Shown here: positions 1 to 9,868 of the stretch, piece by piece | How positions within the stretch are numbered: position 1 is the stretch's first letter | How the letters are laid out: every line of letters starts with the position of its first letter | From: Terriglobia bacterium | Lineage (GTDB): Bacteria; Acidobacteriota; Terriglobia; 20CM-2-55-15 | Direction: 5' to 3' | NCBI GenBank assembly: GCA_963664115.2 | Contig: CAXWPJ010000002.1 | Location: forward strand, 416,001 to 480,000 | DNA: 64,000 nucleotides | Notes under the pieces: model-generated | Database searches by the model: none | What the model was told of the DNA's origin: nothing | The model's input: the letters and a program-made list of their open reading frames with translations, nothing else | Made by a program: the position numbers and the translations under genes

Positions 1-228
1 CAGTCAAGACCCAGATCTGGATTGCCGTTTCCGTTTATGTCCTCGTCGCCATCATCCGCAAGCGCCTCGACATCGATAGGAGTCTTTACCAAATCCTACA
101 GATTCTCAGCATTACCATTCTCGAAAAACAGCCCATTTTGCAGGCCTTTTGCGCGCCGAACTCCCAATTCGATGGGCTCGACGATCCTAACCAACTGGTT
201 CTATTCGACTTCTAACCGGACACTAGTG
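1..228 (+). mobile_element. 3' end of an IS4-family insertion sequence (transposase C-terminus 3..215 plus putative right inverted repeat)
   Basis: The frame from nt 3 reads VKTQIWIAVSVYVLVAIIRKRLDIDRSLYQILQILSITILEKQPILQAF...NQLVLFDF* (stop 213-215), typical of IS4 DDE transposase C-termini. It is followed by AACCGGACACTAGTG (214-228), resembling IS4 termini. Not in the supplied ORF track; truncated by the window edge. Confidence 0.85.
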
Positions 229-461
229 AAATGATGGGTAAAAACTGATTGATACCACACCGCCATTGTAATGGGAACAAGTTCTTCAGACGCTGGCAAC
301 GTCCCGATCAGAGGGTCTTGAACTTTTCAGCCAGCATCCCGCTCTCCCGCACCAGAGGGGCAGGTGAGAAAGACGCATTCCGACCCCAGGTCTGGGGTAA
401 GATCCTGAAAATCATCCGGACCACCCATCTTTCGAGATGACCGGTAGAGAGGAGCAGGCTG

Positions 462-1385
462 CTGTCATACGAAGAGTCACTGGACCAGGTCAGGCAGGTT
501 TGGGCAGAACAGGCCAACACGTGGGGGCCGGAGCGAGGCATAGACTGGTTTGAGCACCCAAGAGTGCAGGCCCGAATCAACCGGAAGATAACCGGGCGGG
601 AAAACTCGGAGCGCTACCACCACTTCATCTATGAAGATCTCGGTGGACGCGTACCTGTCGCACGTGCCCTGACTCTGGGATGCGGCGCCGGAGATCTTGA
701 ACGTGGACTGGCTCAGTACAATTTTTGCCGGGCCCACGACGCGCTTGATGTGTCTGAAGGCGCCATAGAGAAAGCCCGGGCACTCGCCAACGAACAGGGT
801 TACACGCACATTCACTATCAGATGTCTGACGTCAACAAAGCGTCGCTGGAAGACAACGCGTACGATGTCGTATTCGGCATCTCGTCGATTCATCATATCG
901 CTGAACTCGAATCCGTCTATGAGAAGGTGTATCGCGCTTTGAAACCCGAGGGTTATTTCTACATGGATGAATTCGTCGGACCGTCACAATTCCAGTGGAC
1001 GGACGCACAACTTGAAGCGGTCAACGAAATCCTGAGGCAGCTTCCCGAGCGCCTCAGGGTGCGCCGCTCGGACGGAAAAACGATCCGGAACGCTGTAGTG
1101 CGCCCGACAATTAAGCAAATGAATGCCGCGGATCCGTCCGAAGCCATCCGGTCCGCCGAGATCATTCCTCTGCTGTCAGAACACTTTCCCGACTTCGCTT
1201 TACGCGGCTATGGCGGCAACATTCTGCATCCGCTGCTGGAAGACCTTAGCGGAAATTTTGTCGAAACCGATGCCGAAGCCATGGAGTGGCTGGAGCGTAT
1301 CTTTGCTTACGAGGATGACTGGCTTCTCAAAGAAGGTGTCGGAGATAATTTCAGCGTAATCGTGGCGCGGAAGCCTCTTAAATAA
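462..1385 (+). CDS. Class I SAM-dependent methyltransferase
   Basis: Motif I LTLGCGAGDLE, acidic DVSE, and YDVVFGISSIHHI. The frame stays open upstream of the GTG at 564 back to 441. Start is uncertain (CTG 462 after AGGAG, or GTG 564). Confidence 0.85.
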   Translation: MSYEESLDQVRQVWAEQANTWGPERGIDWFEHPRVQARINRKITGRENSERYHHFIYEDLGGRVPVARALTLGCGAGDLERGLAQYNFCRAHDALDVSEGAIEKARALANEQGYTHIHYQMSDVNKASLEDNAYDVVFGISSIHHIAELESVYEKVYRALKPEGYFYMDEFVGPSQFQWTDAQLEAVNEILRQLPERLRVRRSDGKTIRNAVVRPTIKQMNAADPSEAIRSAEIIPLLSEHFPDFALRGYGGNILHPLLEDLSGNFVETDAEAMEWLERIFAYEDDWLLKEGVGDNFSVIVARKPLK

Positions 1386-2739
1386 CTCCAATCGCGTTCA
1401 GGAACACCAGAGTGATTGCGACAGGAACGACGAACTTCAGCAGCAACAGCCAGGTTTTGTAAAAAAACGCCAGCCGGCTGCCTTCGAGGAATTGCCGGTG
1501 ACGGATCGCGTCGTCAAGACGCCAGGCCGTAAAGACGGAAATGCCCAAGCCCCCCAAAGGCAAGATCCAGTTCGTCGCCAGATAGTCAAAAGTGTCGAAC
1601 CAGTTTCGTCCGAAGACGCCGGCGAACGACTCGCCGAAAAACGCGGTACCGCCACTGAGTGCCGACGGAATGCCCACCACTGCGATGATGCCCCCGAACA
1701 GCAATACAGCACGGTGCCTCGCCCATTTTTTTTCATCGATCAGATACGACACGGCCACTTCCAGCAGGGAGATCGCACTCGTCAGTGCCGCAAAAAACAG
1801 CAGAGCAAAAAACACGATCGAAAAGAACGTGCCCCCACCCATTTGGCTCAACGCGATCGGCATGCTCACGAATACAAGACCCGGCCCCTGGCCAGGCTCC
1901 AGGCCGAAAGTAAAGATGATGGGAAACAGAACCATGCAGGCCATGAGGGCGATCACGGTATCGAGAACAGAAACGGTGATCGCTGCAGACACGATGTCGT
2001 CGTCACGCTTGAGGTAACTGCCGTAAGTCAACATCGCGCCCATCCCGAGGCTCAAGGTGAAGAATGCGTGCCCCAGAGCTTCCAGCACTCCTGATGCAGT
2101 CAGGTTTTCAGTGTGGAAGCCGAATACAAAGTCCACGGCCTCATTGAAGCCATCCATCGTGAACGCGTTGACGAGCAGAATCACCATCAACCCGAACAGG
2201 GTCGGCATCAATATCCGCGCCCAACGCTCGATACCTTTACTGATCCCACCCCAAACCACGCCGACAGTGATAACCATGAACACTGCGTGCCAGAACAGAT
2301 TCAGACCGTTCGATGTGAACAGCTCGCCGAATACCGGACCCACCGCTTCCGGGCCGAGCCCGACAACCTGTCCCGTCAGCGACAGGTAGGTGTAGTGCAG
2401 CGCCCAGCCAGCGACAATGCTGTAGTAGGAAAGGATAACGAAAGCAGCCGCAACGCCGAGCCAGCCGACAGCAACCCAAAGTCCACCGCCGAGTTCTTTA
2501 AAGGCACCGACTGGGGACTTCTGGGTGGCTCTCCCCAGCAGTATTTCAGCGGTCATCACCGGCAATCCGACGAGAACGATACACGCCAGATAGACCAGAA
2601 CGAACGCGCCACCGCCGTTGACCCCGGTGATGTAGGGAAATTTCCAGACGTTGCCAAGTCCAACCGCCGATCCGGCAGCAGCCAGGACAAATCCGAGTCG
2701 TGATCCCCAGTGCCCTCGATCAACCAAATCTCCCTCCAT
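1378..2739 (-). CDS. Sodium-dependent transporter, NSS/SNF (LeuT-like) family
   Basis: RGHWGSRLGFVLAAAGSAVGLGNVWKFPY, NGGGAF, AFFTLSLGMG; many TM helices. Confidence 0.95.
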   Translation of the reverse strand: MEGDLVDRGHWGSRLGFVLAAAGSAVGLGNVWKFPYITGVNGGGAFVLVYLACIVLVGLPVMTAEILLGRATQKSPVGAFKELGGGLWVAVGWLGVAAAFVILSYYSIVAGWALHYTYLSLTGQVVGLGPEAVGPVFGELFTSNGLNLFWHAVFMVITVGVVWGGISKGIERWARILMPTLFGLMVILLVNAFTMDGFNEAVDFVFGFHTENLTASGVLEALGHAFFTLSLGMGAMLTYGSYLKRDDDIVSAAITVSVLDTVIALMACMVLFPIIFTFGLEPGQGPGLVFVSMPIALSQMGGGTFFSIVFFALLFFAALTSAISLLEVAVSYLIDEKKWARHRAVLLFGGIIAVVGIPSALSGGTAFFGESFAGVFGRNWFDTFDYLATNWILPLGGLGISVFTAWRLDDAIRHRQFLEGSRLAFFYKTWLLLLKFVVPVAITLVFLNAIGVI

Positions 2740-2832
2740 TTTTCGCTCGCTTTAATCGATGGGGCTTATGGTAACATTCCCGCGCTAACGCACCCTGCGT
2801 TAACCAATTAGTGGAAGTCACGAGGTTCGTAT

Positions 2833-3306
2833 ATGGGCGCACCAGAAGAAAAAGACACCACAAAAAAAGTGGACGCTGTTGGAGAATCACGCTTCGTCAT
2901 GGTCCGGAGCTCGGGCCGAGGCCTTTCTCAGGAGATAATTGTCGGACCCCACCGCCTCTCGGCGGACGAACCCGAACCCCTTGGCACCGACACGGGCCCG
3001 ACACCGTATCAGCTGCTTAGCGCAGCCCTCGGAGCCTGTACGGCAATCACTCTCACAGCATATGCCCGCCATAAGGAATGGCCTCTGGAAAGCGTGACGG
3101 TGGTCCTGACCCACGGCAAGATTCATGCCCGAGACTGCGCCGACTGCGAAACCAAGGACGGCAAGGTCGATCGGATTGAACGCGCCATAGAGCTGGGCGG
3201 CCCCTTAAGCGAAGAGCAACGGGCACGCTTGTTGGAAATCGCCCAACGCTGTCCCGTGCATCGGACACTGACGTCGGAAATCAACCTACAAACCCGGCTC
3301 GTCTGA
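2833..3306 (+). CDS. OsmC family protein
   Basis: [24 protein letters not shown] and C-terminal RCPVHRTL. Confidence 0.9.
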   Translation: MGAPEEKDTTKKVDAVGESRFVMVRSSGRGLSQEIIVGPHRLSADEPEPLGTDTGPTPYQLLSAALGACTAITLTAYARHKEWPLESVTVVLTHGKIHARDCADCETKDGKVDRIERAIELGGPLSEEQRARLLEIAQRCPVHRTLTSEINLQTRLV

Positions 3307-3325
3307 CACGAATGAATTATTCGGG

Positions 3326-4033
3326 TTAAGTAAAGTCTATAGACGCCCGGAGGGTTCCGCCTCCCGGCACCTGCATGTAACGAAGCAATGAGCTGAGGAA
3401 CAGTAGTACCCCGGCCATTTCCATTCCTTCTTCCACAGCGGTAACGAGATTGTAGCTCAGAGTGTCCGCGTCAATAGGAACGCCGACCATCTCCATACCG
3501 ACCGCGCCTCCAATGTATAGAACCCCTGATATCAAGAACAGAATCCCGACCCACAGGGGAAGGTGACGCATGAATGGGACGAAGGCGAGACCGATGCAGA
3601 CGGCCGCAATCCCGCCAGGAACAGCCCAACTCATGTCGATGAGCGAGTTGATTGTCTCGTGGATACCCGCCACCTCGTCCAAAGAGAGAAACAGAAAGCC
3701 CATAGCCAAGACATACCAGTGAACAGACCAGGGGTCACGATCCACTCTCTTCCGCCGCGCGCAGAACCAGGAACACATCGCAACTATTGACAACAGGAAT
3801 CCGGAAAACCAGGTGGGAAGGTTGTTCTCTTCGTCCACGTCGAAGAGTTGTCGCCAGGGCAACCATGGCAATTCTTCCACTTGGTAGTGGAAAATCGTCA
3901 AACCGACGTGGCAGACGACAAGCACCACGGCAATGGCGGCAAGAGAGAAGACCAATCGTTGGGGAACGATAGTCACGTTGTAGCTTCTTGGAGCATCCGA
4001 ATCGGTTTGGCGTTTGCGGCTACCGTTTGTCAT
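3326..4033 (-). CDS. Hypothetical integral membrane protein
   Basis: 235 aa with several TM segments and conserved-looking E.NLPTWFS, SLDE...IHE and EEGMEM motifs; co-oriented with the MFS gene. Confidence 0.75.
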   Translation of the reverse strand: MTNGSRKRQTDSDAPRSYNVTIVPQRLVFSLAAIAVVLVVCHVGLTIFHYQVEELPWLPWRQLFDVDEENNLPTWFSGFLLSIVAMCSWFCARRKRVDRDPWSVHWYVLAMGFLFLSLDEVAGIHETINSLIDMSWAVPGGIAAVCIGLAFVPFMRHLPLWVGILFLISGVLYIGGAVGMEMVGVPIDADTLSYNLVTAVEEGMEMAGVLLFLSSLLRYMQVPGGGTLRASIDFT

Positions 4034-4042
4034 CGCGTCCTC

Positions 4043-5323
4043 CTAGCTACTTTCAGCATGCTCTTCTTTTAAAACTGGGACTGTCTTTTCGTCTTCCCTG
4101 TTCGCTTGATTCGGCGCCAAATCCGTCACCTTGAGAGAAAGAAGGACGACGATGCTGGCGCACACAGCACCGGCGAAAAAAGGAACTGTGTGGCCGAGCT
4201 GCTGAAACAACAGCGTCGAGATCAGGGGCGAAACGGTGCGCGACATGCCAGCAAAGGCCTGGGCGGTGCCCATCGTCGTTCCCAGATCCGACTGTTGGGT
4301 CCATCTAGAAGTGAGTGCAGTCGTCGACGGAAAGGTGAGCGCGGTCCCGACGGATAAAAGAGACATCAGGGCCAACAATATCCAGAGCTCACCCGCGAAC
4401 CCGAAGCTTAAGAATCCAATAAACAGACTGGTTGCTCCCAAACGCATCGTCCAGATTTCGCCAAGACGATCAACGATAGGTCCAAGCAACAGAGAGCGCA
4501 TCACAACCGATAGGCTCCCCATATACAAAAAAACGTAACCGATGTTTCTCTCGGTAATCGCAAACTCGAAACCCAAATACAACGTTATGATTGATGTGAA
4601 CGACGAGAACGCCAACATTCCAAGCGCGTAAATCCAGATCAGACGTGAAACTGAACGGTTCGGGTATCGGACTACCGTCCACGCCCTGTGCCACACTGGT
4701 TGACGCTTCTTCGTCCGGCTCTCTTCGTTCGCCCCGGATGATTCCTGGAGCCATCCCCAGGCAAATACGATATTCATCGCGCACAGTGCTGCGGCGACCA
4801 GGCCGGGAGCCAATTGTCCCCAGTACGCCGCAGTCGAGCCGATGACGGGACCGATCATCACCCCCGCCGACGTCGCCGCCGAAAGCCAGCCCAGCGACCG
4901 AGTTCTATCCTCCGGTGGTACCGTATCGGCGACGTAGGCGTGCAGCACGCCAGTTGTGCCTCCACCCGCGCCCTGAATGAAGCGGGAGGCCAACAACAAC
5001 CAGAAAGAATTCGCGAACCCGAATACGACGTATGAAATCGCCGATGCAGTCAAGCCGATCAACAGGGCCGGTCGACGGCCGTAACGATCGGAAACGCGTC
5101 CCCAGAGAGGCGCCGACATCAACTGGGCCATCGAAAAAGAAGCGATAATGACACCAATCATCTGCGGAGTGATCGCCAGATCCAGAGCATAAAACGGCAG
5201 CAACGGTAAGATCATCGCGAAACCGAGCATGTCGACGAACGCCACCGCAATCAGTACCGATAGACTTCGAAACTGAGCCGATTTGGAAGATCCCGTTGTC
5301 GGTGTGTTCACTGAATTTGACAA
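4043..5323 (-). CDS. MFS transporter, DHA1/TetA-like
   Basis: MFS motif A GRVSDRYGRRP, motif C-like GVMIGPVIG, about 12 TM segments. Confidence 0.92.
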   Translation of the reverse strand: MSNSVNTPTTGSSKSAQFRSLSVLIAVAFVDMLGFAMILPLLPFYALDLAITPQMIGVIIASFSMAQLMSAPLWGRVSDRYGRRPALLIGLTASAISYVVFGFANSFWLLLASRFIQGAGGGTTGVLHAYVADTVPPEDRTRSLGWLSAATSAGVMIGPVIGSTAAYWGQLAPGLVAAALCAMNIVFAWGWLQESSGANEESRTKKRQPVWHRAWTVVRYPNRSVSRLIWIYALGMLAFSSFTSIITLYLGFEFAITERNIGYVFLYMGSLSVVMRSLLLGPIVDRLGEIWTMRLGATSLFIGFLSFGFAGELWILLALMSLLSVGTALTFPSTTALTSRWTQQSDLGTTMGTAQAFAGMSRTVSPLISTLLFQQLGHTVPFFAGAVCASIVVLLSLKVTDLAPNQANREDEKTVPVLKEEHAESS

Positions 5324-5344
5324 GAAAAGCCGGGCGTTTGAGAC

Positions 5345-6523
5345 CTATCCACCCGATACGATCGCCTCGGCCTCGATGGCAGGCGGCGTCTGATCGTCCG
5401 GATCATCGAGGTATCCATCGGGGAGAGCCACCTGCTGGCGGCCACCGCGCTTGCCCCGTTTCATTCGCATGGCCGATATTGGAAACGCTTGCTCCCTGTC
5501 AACGTCCCGAAATAGGTTCTCGAGTTCCTCAACCGTTTTCACCTGCACCATTCGATCCCGCACGAAGGAACTGAGGCTGAAACCCTTCATGTACCAAGAG
5601 GTGTGCCGGCGGAAGGCGACCATGGCCGAAAGCTCCCCGAACCAGTCGGCGAGGCGGGCGGCATGCATCAACATTGTGTCGAGTACTTCCCCGAGACCTG
5701 GAGGATCCGCGGGCTCGCACCCTCCGAAGACGTCGGCCAGGTCGCGGAAAAGCCATGGACGGCCCAGGCATCCCCGACCCACAATGACGCCGTCACATCG
5801 GGTTTGGCGCATCAAGCGAAGGGCATCGGCCCCCTCCCAGATATCTCCGTTCCCGAGAACAGGAATGCTCATCCTGGACTTGAGCTCGCCAATAGCCTCC
5901 CACTCCGCCATCCCGCAATAGAGATCCGCCGCAGTACGCGCGTGAAGGCCAACCGCAGCACAACCCTCTTCCTCCGCGATGCGGCCCGATTGCAGATAGG
6001 TCAGGTGATCCGGGTCGATCCCCAGGCGAAACTTGATCGTGACCGGCACACCTGAGGCGGACCCCACCGCAGCACGCACGATGCTCTGAAGCAAGCGGGG
6101 TTTCAGCGGAATGGCAGCGCCCCCACCCTTACGCGTCACCTTACGCACCGGACAACCGAAGTTCATATCCAGATGGTCGATCCGACCCTCCCCCACCAAT
6201 CGTTTGACCGCCTCCGATACATAGTAAGGATCCACGCCGTAAAGTTGCAGACTGCGCGGCGTCTCACCGGGCCCGAAATCGGCGAGTTTGAGTGTCTTGT
6301 CCCGTCCCTCCACCAAGGGCCGCGCACTGATCATCTCGCTCACGTACAGGCCGGCACCGAAGCTTCGGCATATGGATCGGAAGGGATAGTTGGTCACCCC
6401 GGCCATGGGAGCGAGGACCACCGGCGGCCAGATCGTGAGATTCCCGACGGCAAGGGGGCTGAATTCCCTCTGACCCGCCAGAGCTACGCCCTGATTTAAC
6501 TCGCTCTTGTAGTGCGGCTGCAT
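5345..6523 (-). CDS. dusB: tRNA-dihydrouridine synthase (DusB type)
   Basis: LAPMAGVT, DMNFGCPV, HART and NGDI motifs. Confidence 0.92.
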   Translation of the reverse strand: MQPHYKSELNQGVALAGQREFSPLAVGNLTIWPPVVLAPMAGVTNYPFRSICRSFGAGLYVSEMISARPLVEGRDKTLKLADFGPGETPRSLQLYGVDPYYVSEAVKRLVGEGRIDHLDMNFGCPVRKVTRKGGGAAIPLKPRLLQSIVRAAVGSASGVPVTIKFRLGIDPDHLTYLQSGRIAEEEGCAAVGLHARTAADLYCGMAEWEAIGELKSRMSIPVLGNGDIWEGADALRLMRQTRCDGVIVGRGCLGRPWLFRDLADVFGGCEPADPPGLGEVLDTMLMHAARLADWFGELSAMVAFRRHTSWYMKGFSLSSFVRDRMVQVKTVEELENLFRDVDREQAFPISAMRMKRGKRGGRQQVALPDGYLDDPDDQTPPAIEAEAIVSGG

Positions 6524-6694
6524 TCACTCGATATTACACCATCGGGCGCGCGGGTCCCCTCAACCAACAGTCGAAGATCGAGGCCCCTCCGACCCCTGGG
6601 TCGAACAGCGATAAGGTCCTGTTGTTTCGTTGCCTTAGCCCAGGATGCACTATCGGATTGCGGGAAATAAGTCGATAAGAAGAAGTGTGTTACG

Positions 6695-7963
6695 ATGACT
6701 TCAACTACTAAAGTAACGGAAATACCCGCAACTATGACAGTCGAGAGCGAGACTACCGCTTACGTCAGCCGACAACCGATATACACGAAACGCATCGAAG
6801 TGTACGGTTATGAGTTCTTGTTTCGCGACAGTGCGACCAATCAGGCCAATATCGTCGACGGCGAAAGCGCGACAGCCCAAGTCATACTCAACTTCATTGA
6901 ATTCGGGGTCAACGAAATCGTTGGTGACCATCCGGCGTTCATCAACCTGACCCGCGACTTCATTCTTGAGGGCCATTGCGAGGCCCTCCCGAAGGACCGC
7001 ATCGTTCTCGAGGTTCTGGAAGACGTGACAGCTGAGCCCGAGATAGTTAAGGAGCTACGCAGACTGAAACACAAAGGGTACATGATCGCCCTGGACGACT
7101 TTGTCTACGAAGAGAGTCTCCGGCCCCTGGTCGAGCTGGCCGACATCATCAAAGTGGATGTGATGGCTACGGACCGGGATGCCTTGGAACCAATCGTCTC
7201 CAACTTCAACAAATTCAACGTCCGTTTGCTGGCCGAAAAAGTCGAGACTCAGGATGAATTCGATTTCTGCAGCGATCTCGGCTTCGACTACTTCCAGGGC
7301 TACTTCTTTTGCAAACCCAAGCTTATTGCAGGCAAGCAGATTCCCACGAATCGCCTGGCTGCGACTCGGCTGGTAGCCAAACTACAGGATCCGGACATCA
7401 AAGGTGATGAACTGGAGGAAACCATACGGCAGGACGTTACGCTGAGCTACAAACTTCTGCGGTTCGTAAACTCCGCCCATTTGTCTCTTCCCCGAAAGGT
7501 GGAATCGATCGGTCATGCGGCCATGATGATCGGGGTGTCCCGGCTCCGTACCTGGGCGAGCCTGCTGATGCTGGCTTCGATGGACGACAAGCCTCGCGAA
7601 TTGATGGTGACCGGCATCGTCCGGGCCAAGATGTGTGAAGAACTCGCCGCAGCAAACGGACTTTCGATGGGAGAGCAGTTCTTTACCGTTGGACTCTTCT
7701 CAGTCCTGGACGCCATGCTGGACAGCCGCATGGAGGACGCTCTCGATCAGCTGCCGCTGTCCGATGAGATCGTTCAGGCTCTGATAACACACGAAGAACT
7801 CCTGGGACGCATGCTCGACTTCACGATCGCATACGAGCAGGGGGACTGGGAACGACTCGCTGAAGTCGGAAGCACCCTCAAACTCGACCCGCCCGCCATT
7901 CGCAAAGCCTACATGAACGCCGTCAAGTGGACGATGGAAATCACAAACGAATTGAATATATAA
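6695..7963 (+). CDS. EAL + HDOD domain protein (YuxH/PdeH-like c-di-GMP phosphodiesterase)
   Basis: RQPI..YEFLFR, FINL, ALDDF, AEKVET and FQGYFF in the EAL part; LSYKLLRFVNS and GLFSVLDAML in the HDOD part. Confidence 0.9.
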   Translation: MTSTTKVTEIPATMTVESETTAYVSRQPIYTKRIEVYGYEFLFRDSATNQANIVDGESATAQVILNFIEFGVNEIVGDHPAFINLTRDFILEGHCEALPKDRIVLEVLEDVTAEPEIVKELRRLKHKGYMIALDDFVYEESLRPLVELADIIKVDVMATDRDALEPIVSNFNKFNVRLLAEKVETQDEFDFCSDLGFDYFQGYFFCKPKLIAGKQIPTNRLAATRLVAKLQDPDIKGDELEETIRQDVTLSYKLLRFVNSAHLSLPRKVESIGHAAMMIGVSRLRTWASLLMLASMDDKPRELMVTGIVRAKMCEELAAANGLSMGEQFFTVGLFSVLDAMLDSRMEDALDQLPLSDEIVQALITHEELLGRMLDFTIAYEQGDWERLAEVGSTLKLDPPAIRKAYMNAVKWTMEITNELNI

Positions 7964-8043
7964 AGAAGAAGTTAAGAGCGCGTTGTTCTCTCGACACTTT
8001 CCCCACGCCAAAACCCCAAGACGTCTGTCGGTAGGAATAAGAA

Positions 8044-8063
8044 CTTTGCGCCTTTGCGGTGAA
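8044..8063. repeat. REP-like intergenic repeat, copy 1 (CTTTGCGCCTTTGCGGTGAA)
   Basis: 19/20 identical to 20908-20927; lies between convergent gene ends. Confidence 0.6.
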
Positions 8064-8091
8064 TAAGAATCTTAAAGCTGAGGACGCTCGC

Positions 8092-8655
8092 CTACGACGC
8101 CAGGCCCATCGGTTCCATAGCCATAGCCGCAAACTTCTCCACAGGCGAGAACATGACCCGAACGCGGCTTCCTCTCGATTGTGCTCCGCGATGATCCACA
8201 ATGTCGGACATCATGCTTAAAAGGCAGTCGTCGCGCAAGTTCATGTCCTCGAGTGTCATGGCCTCGGCAATCGACCTGGAGATCGCGAGCGCATTTCCAT
8301 CCCAGTAGTGCAAGTGTCGCTCCCGGGCGGGGTCAGATTCCAAAATAGGCGCGGCCATCTCCAAAGGGAACCCCGCGCTGACCAGCTTTTCGTCATCAAT
8401 CCAGAATACAATGGCCTTGGCCTCGGGAGGAATCGCCTGCCAGATTGCTTGCATGGAAACCGAATCCAGAGTCTGAAGGGAGACGTCGGGCCGAGAGAAG
8501 GAAAAGAGTTCGGCGGCACGCTGAATCTCAGCGTTGCCCACCGCAATCAGTTTGAGGTGCTGGCCATCGATCGATCCGATGGTCTCCAGTCGCTCCGATG
8601 GCTTCTGTCCCGTGTATATCCAGACTAGAGCCACCTTCTGATCCGCTCGATCCAT
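8092..8655 (-). CDS. Hypothetical protein
   Basis: Long ORF with GGAGAGG RBS before the ATG at 8655 (alternative GTG 8688). Weak GT-A-like segment AIVFWIDDE. Confidence 0.6.
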   Translation of the reverse strand: MDRADQKVALVWIYTGQKPSERLETIGSIDGQHLKLIAVGNAEIQRAAELFSFSRPDVSLQTLDSVSMQAIWQAIPPEAKAIVFWIDDEKLVSAGFPLEMAAPILESDPARERHLHYWDGNALAISRSIAEAMTLEDMNLRDDCLLSMMSDIVDHRGAQSRGSRVRVMFSPVEKFAAMAMEPMGLAS

Positions 8656-8756
8656 ATTTACCTCTCCACTGACACGGAACTCATACACCTCACTCCCCTA
8701 TCTCATCGGCGGATGGGCTCAATGGGTGTAGTCGAAAATATGCTATTCTCCCCCGG

Positions 8757-9851
8757 ATGGAGCGCTTGCTGATACTGTCATCGGACACTGGCGAAGGCCA
8801 TAATTCGGCAGCTCAAGCGCTGGGGGAGACCGCCCTCAAAGCAGGATGGCAGGTTTCGGTACGGAAGCCTCTGGAAGAGTCTGCAGCTGGATATCGCTCA
8901 TTAGGAGGCATTTACAACCTCCTCCTGACCTACCGGCCGGGTTGGGTCGGCATGTTCGCCAAGTCCATCGAACTGATTAAGGCGAATGAGGCTGAGTTTT
9001 TCTACGGGCGGGTTCGCACCTACATCCAAAGATTTATCGAATCGGAAAAACCACACGCGATTGTTTCCGTCCATCCCATGTTGAACCACATGATCCCGCG
9101 GTGGATATTGGAACAGAATCTGCAAATCCCCTGCTACACCTTTGTGACCGACCCCTTTCCCCCATTCTGGAAAGGGTGGGCCTCTCGATACGTCACGCGT
9201 TATTTCGTCCTCACCAAAGAGGCGGGCATCCGCCTCGCGGACGACGGGGTGGAAGCCGACAGGATCGAACGGGTTTCGATGCCACTCCGCTCCGGTTTCC
9301 ATACGCGGGGACTGAAGGAGGTCGCCGATTTAAGATCGGGACTTGACGTAGAGGGCGAGACGATTCTGGTCAATGGCGGCGCCCGAGGCGGTGGTCGCCT
9401 CCGACGATTAGTTCAGGCCGTCCTTGAAGCGGCACCCACAGCGAATATCCTGGTCGTGTGCGGTCACAATAAACGTGTCCGCAGGAGCCTCGATAAGCTC
9501 AAGGAACGAAGACTCCGGACGTTCGGCTTCGTCAGCGATATCCATAATCTGATCGGCGCCGCGGATCTGGTCGTCACGAAACCCGGAGCGTTGTCCACGT
9601 ATGAAACCCTGGCATCGGCTGTGCCCGCGGTTCTCACCGCTGTTGGCGGCTTGATGCCTCAGGAGTCGGGACTGTTTCGGGCAGCCAGTGACCATGGCTT
9701 TGGATTTGCAGTACGTACACTGGACGAACTGGGGGCGGTTGTCCGTCAGGGCGTGGCCGGCTGGAAGGCCAAGCACGAAGCGATCAACCGATTTTACCAA
9801 CCCGGGTCCGTCCCGGATTTGATCGATAGAATCCAGCCTCACCGTATTTAA
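8757..9851 (+). CDS. MGDG synthase/UgtP-like glycosyltransferase (GT28)
   Basis: DTGEGHNSAA, IVSVHP, VVCGHN, GFVSDI..LIGAADLVVTKPG and PQE motifs. Confidence 0.88.
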   Translation: MERLLILSSDTGEGHNSAAQALGETALKAGWQVSVRKPLEESAAGYRSLGGIYNLLLTYRPGWVGMFAKSIELIKANEAEFFYGRVRTYIQRFIESEKPHAIVSVHPMLNHMIPRWILEQNLQIPCYTFVTDPFPPFWKGWASRYVTRYFVLTKEAGIRLADDGVEADRIERVSMPLRSGFHTRGLKEVADLRSGLDVEGETILVNGGARGGGRLRRLVQAVLEAAPTANILVVCGHNKRVRRSLDKLKERRLRTFGFVSDIHNLIGAADLVVTKPGALSTYETLASAVPAVLTAVGGLMPQESGLFRAASDHGFGFAVRTLDELGAVVRQGVAGWKAKHEAINRFYQPGSVPDLIDRIQPHRI

Positions 9852-9868
9852 TAAGACAGGCAAATCAA

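Noticed and set aside
6650-6680. sigma28 promoter before the EAL-HDOD gene
   Set aside because: GTCGATAA resembles the -10 element, but there is no TAAA -35 element at the right spacing.
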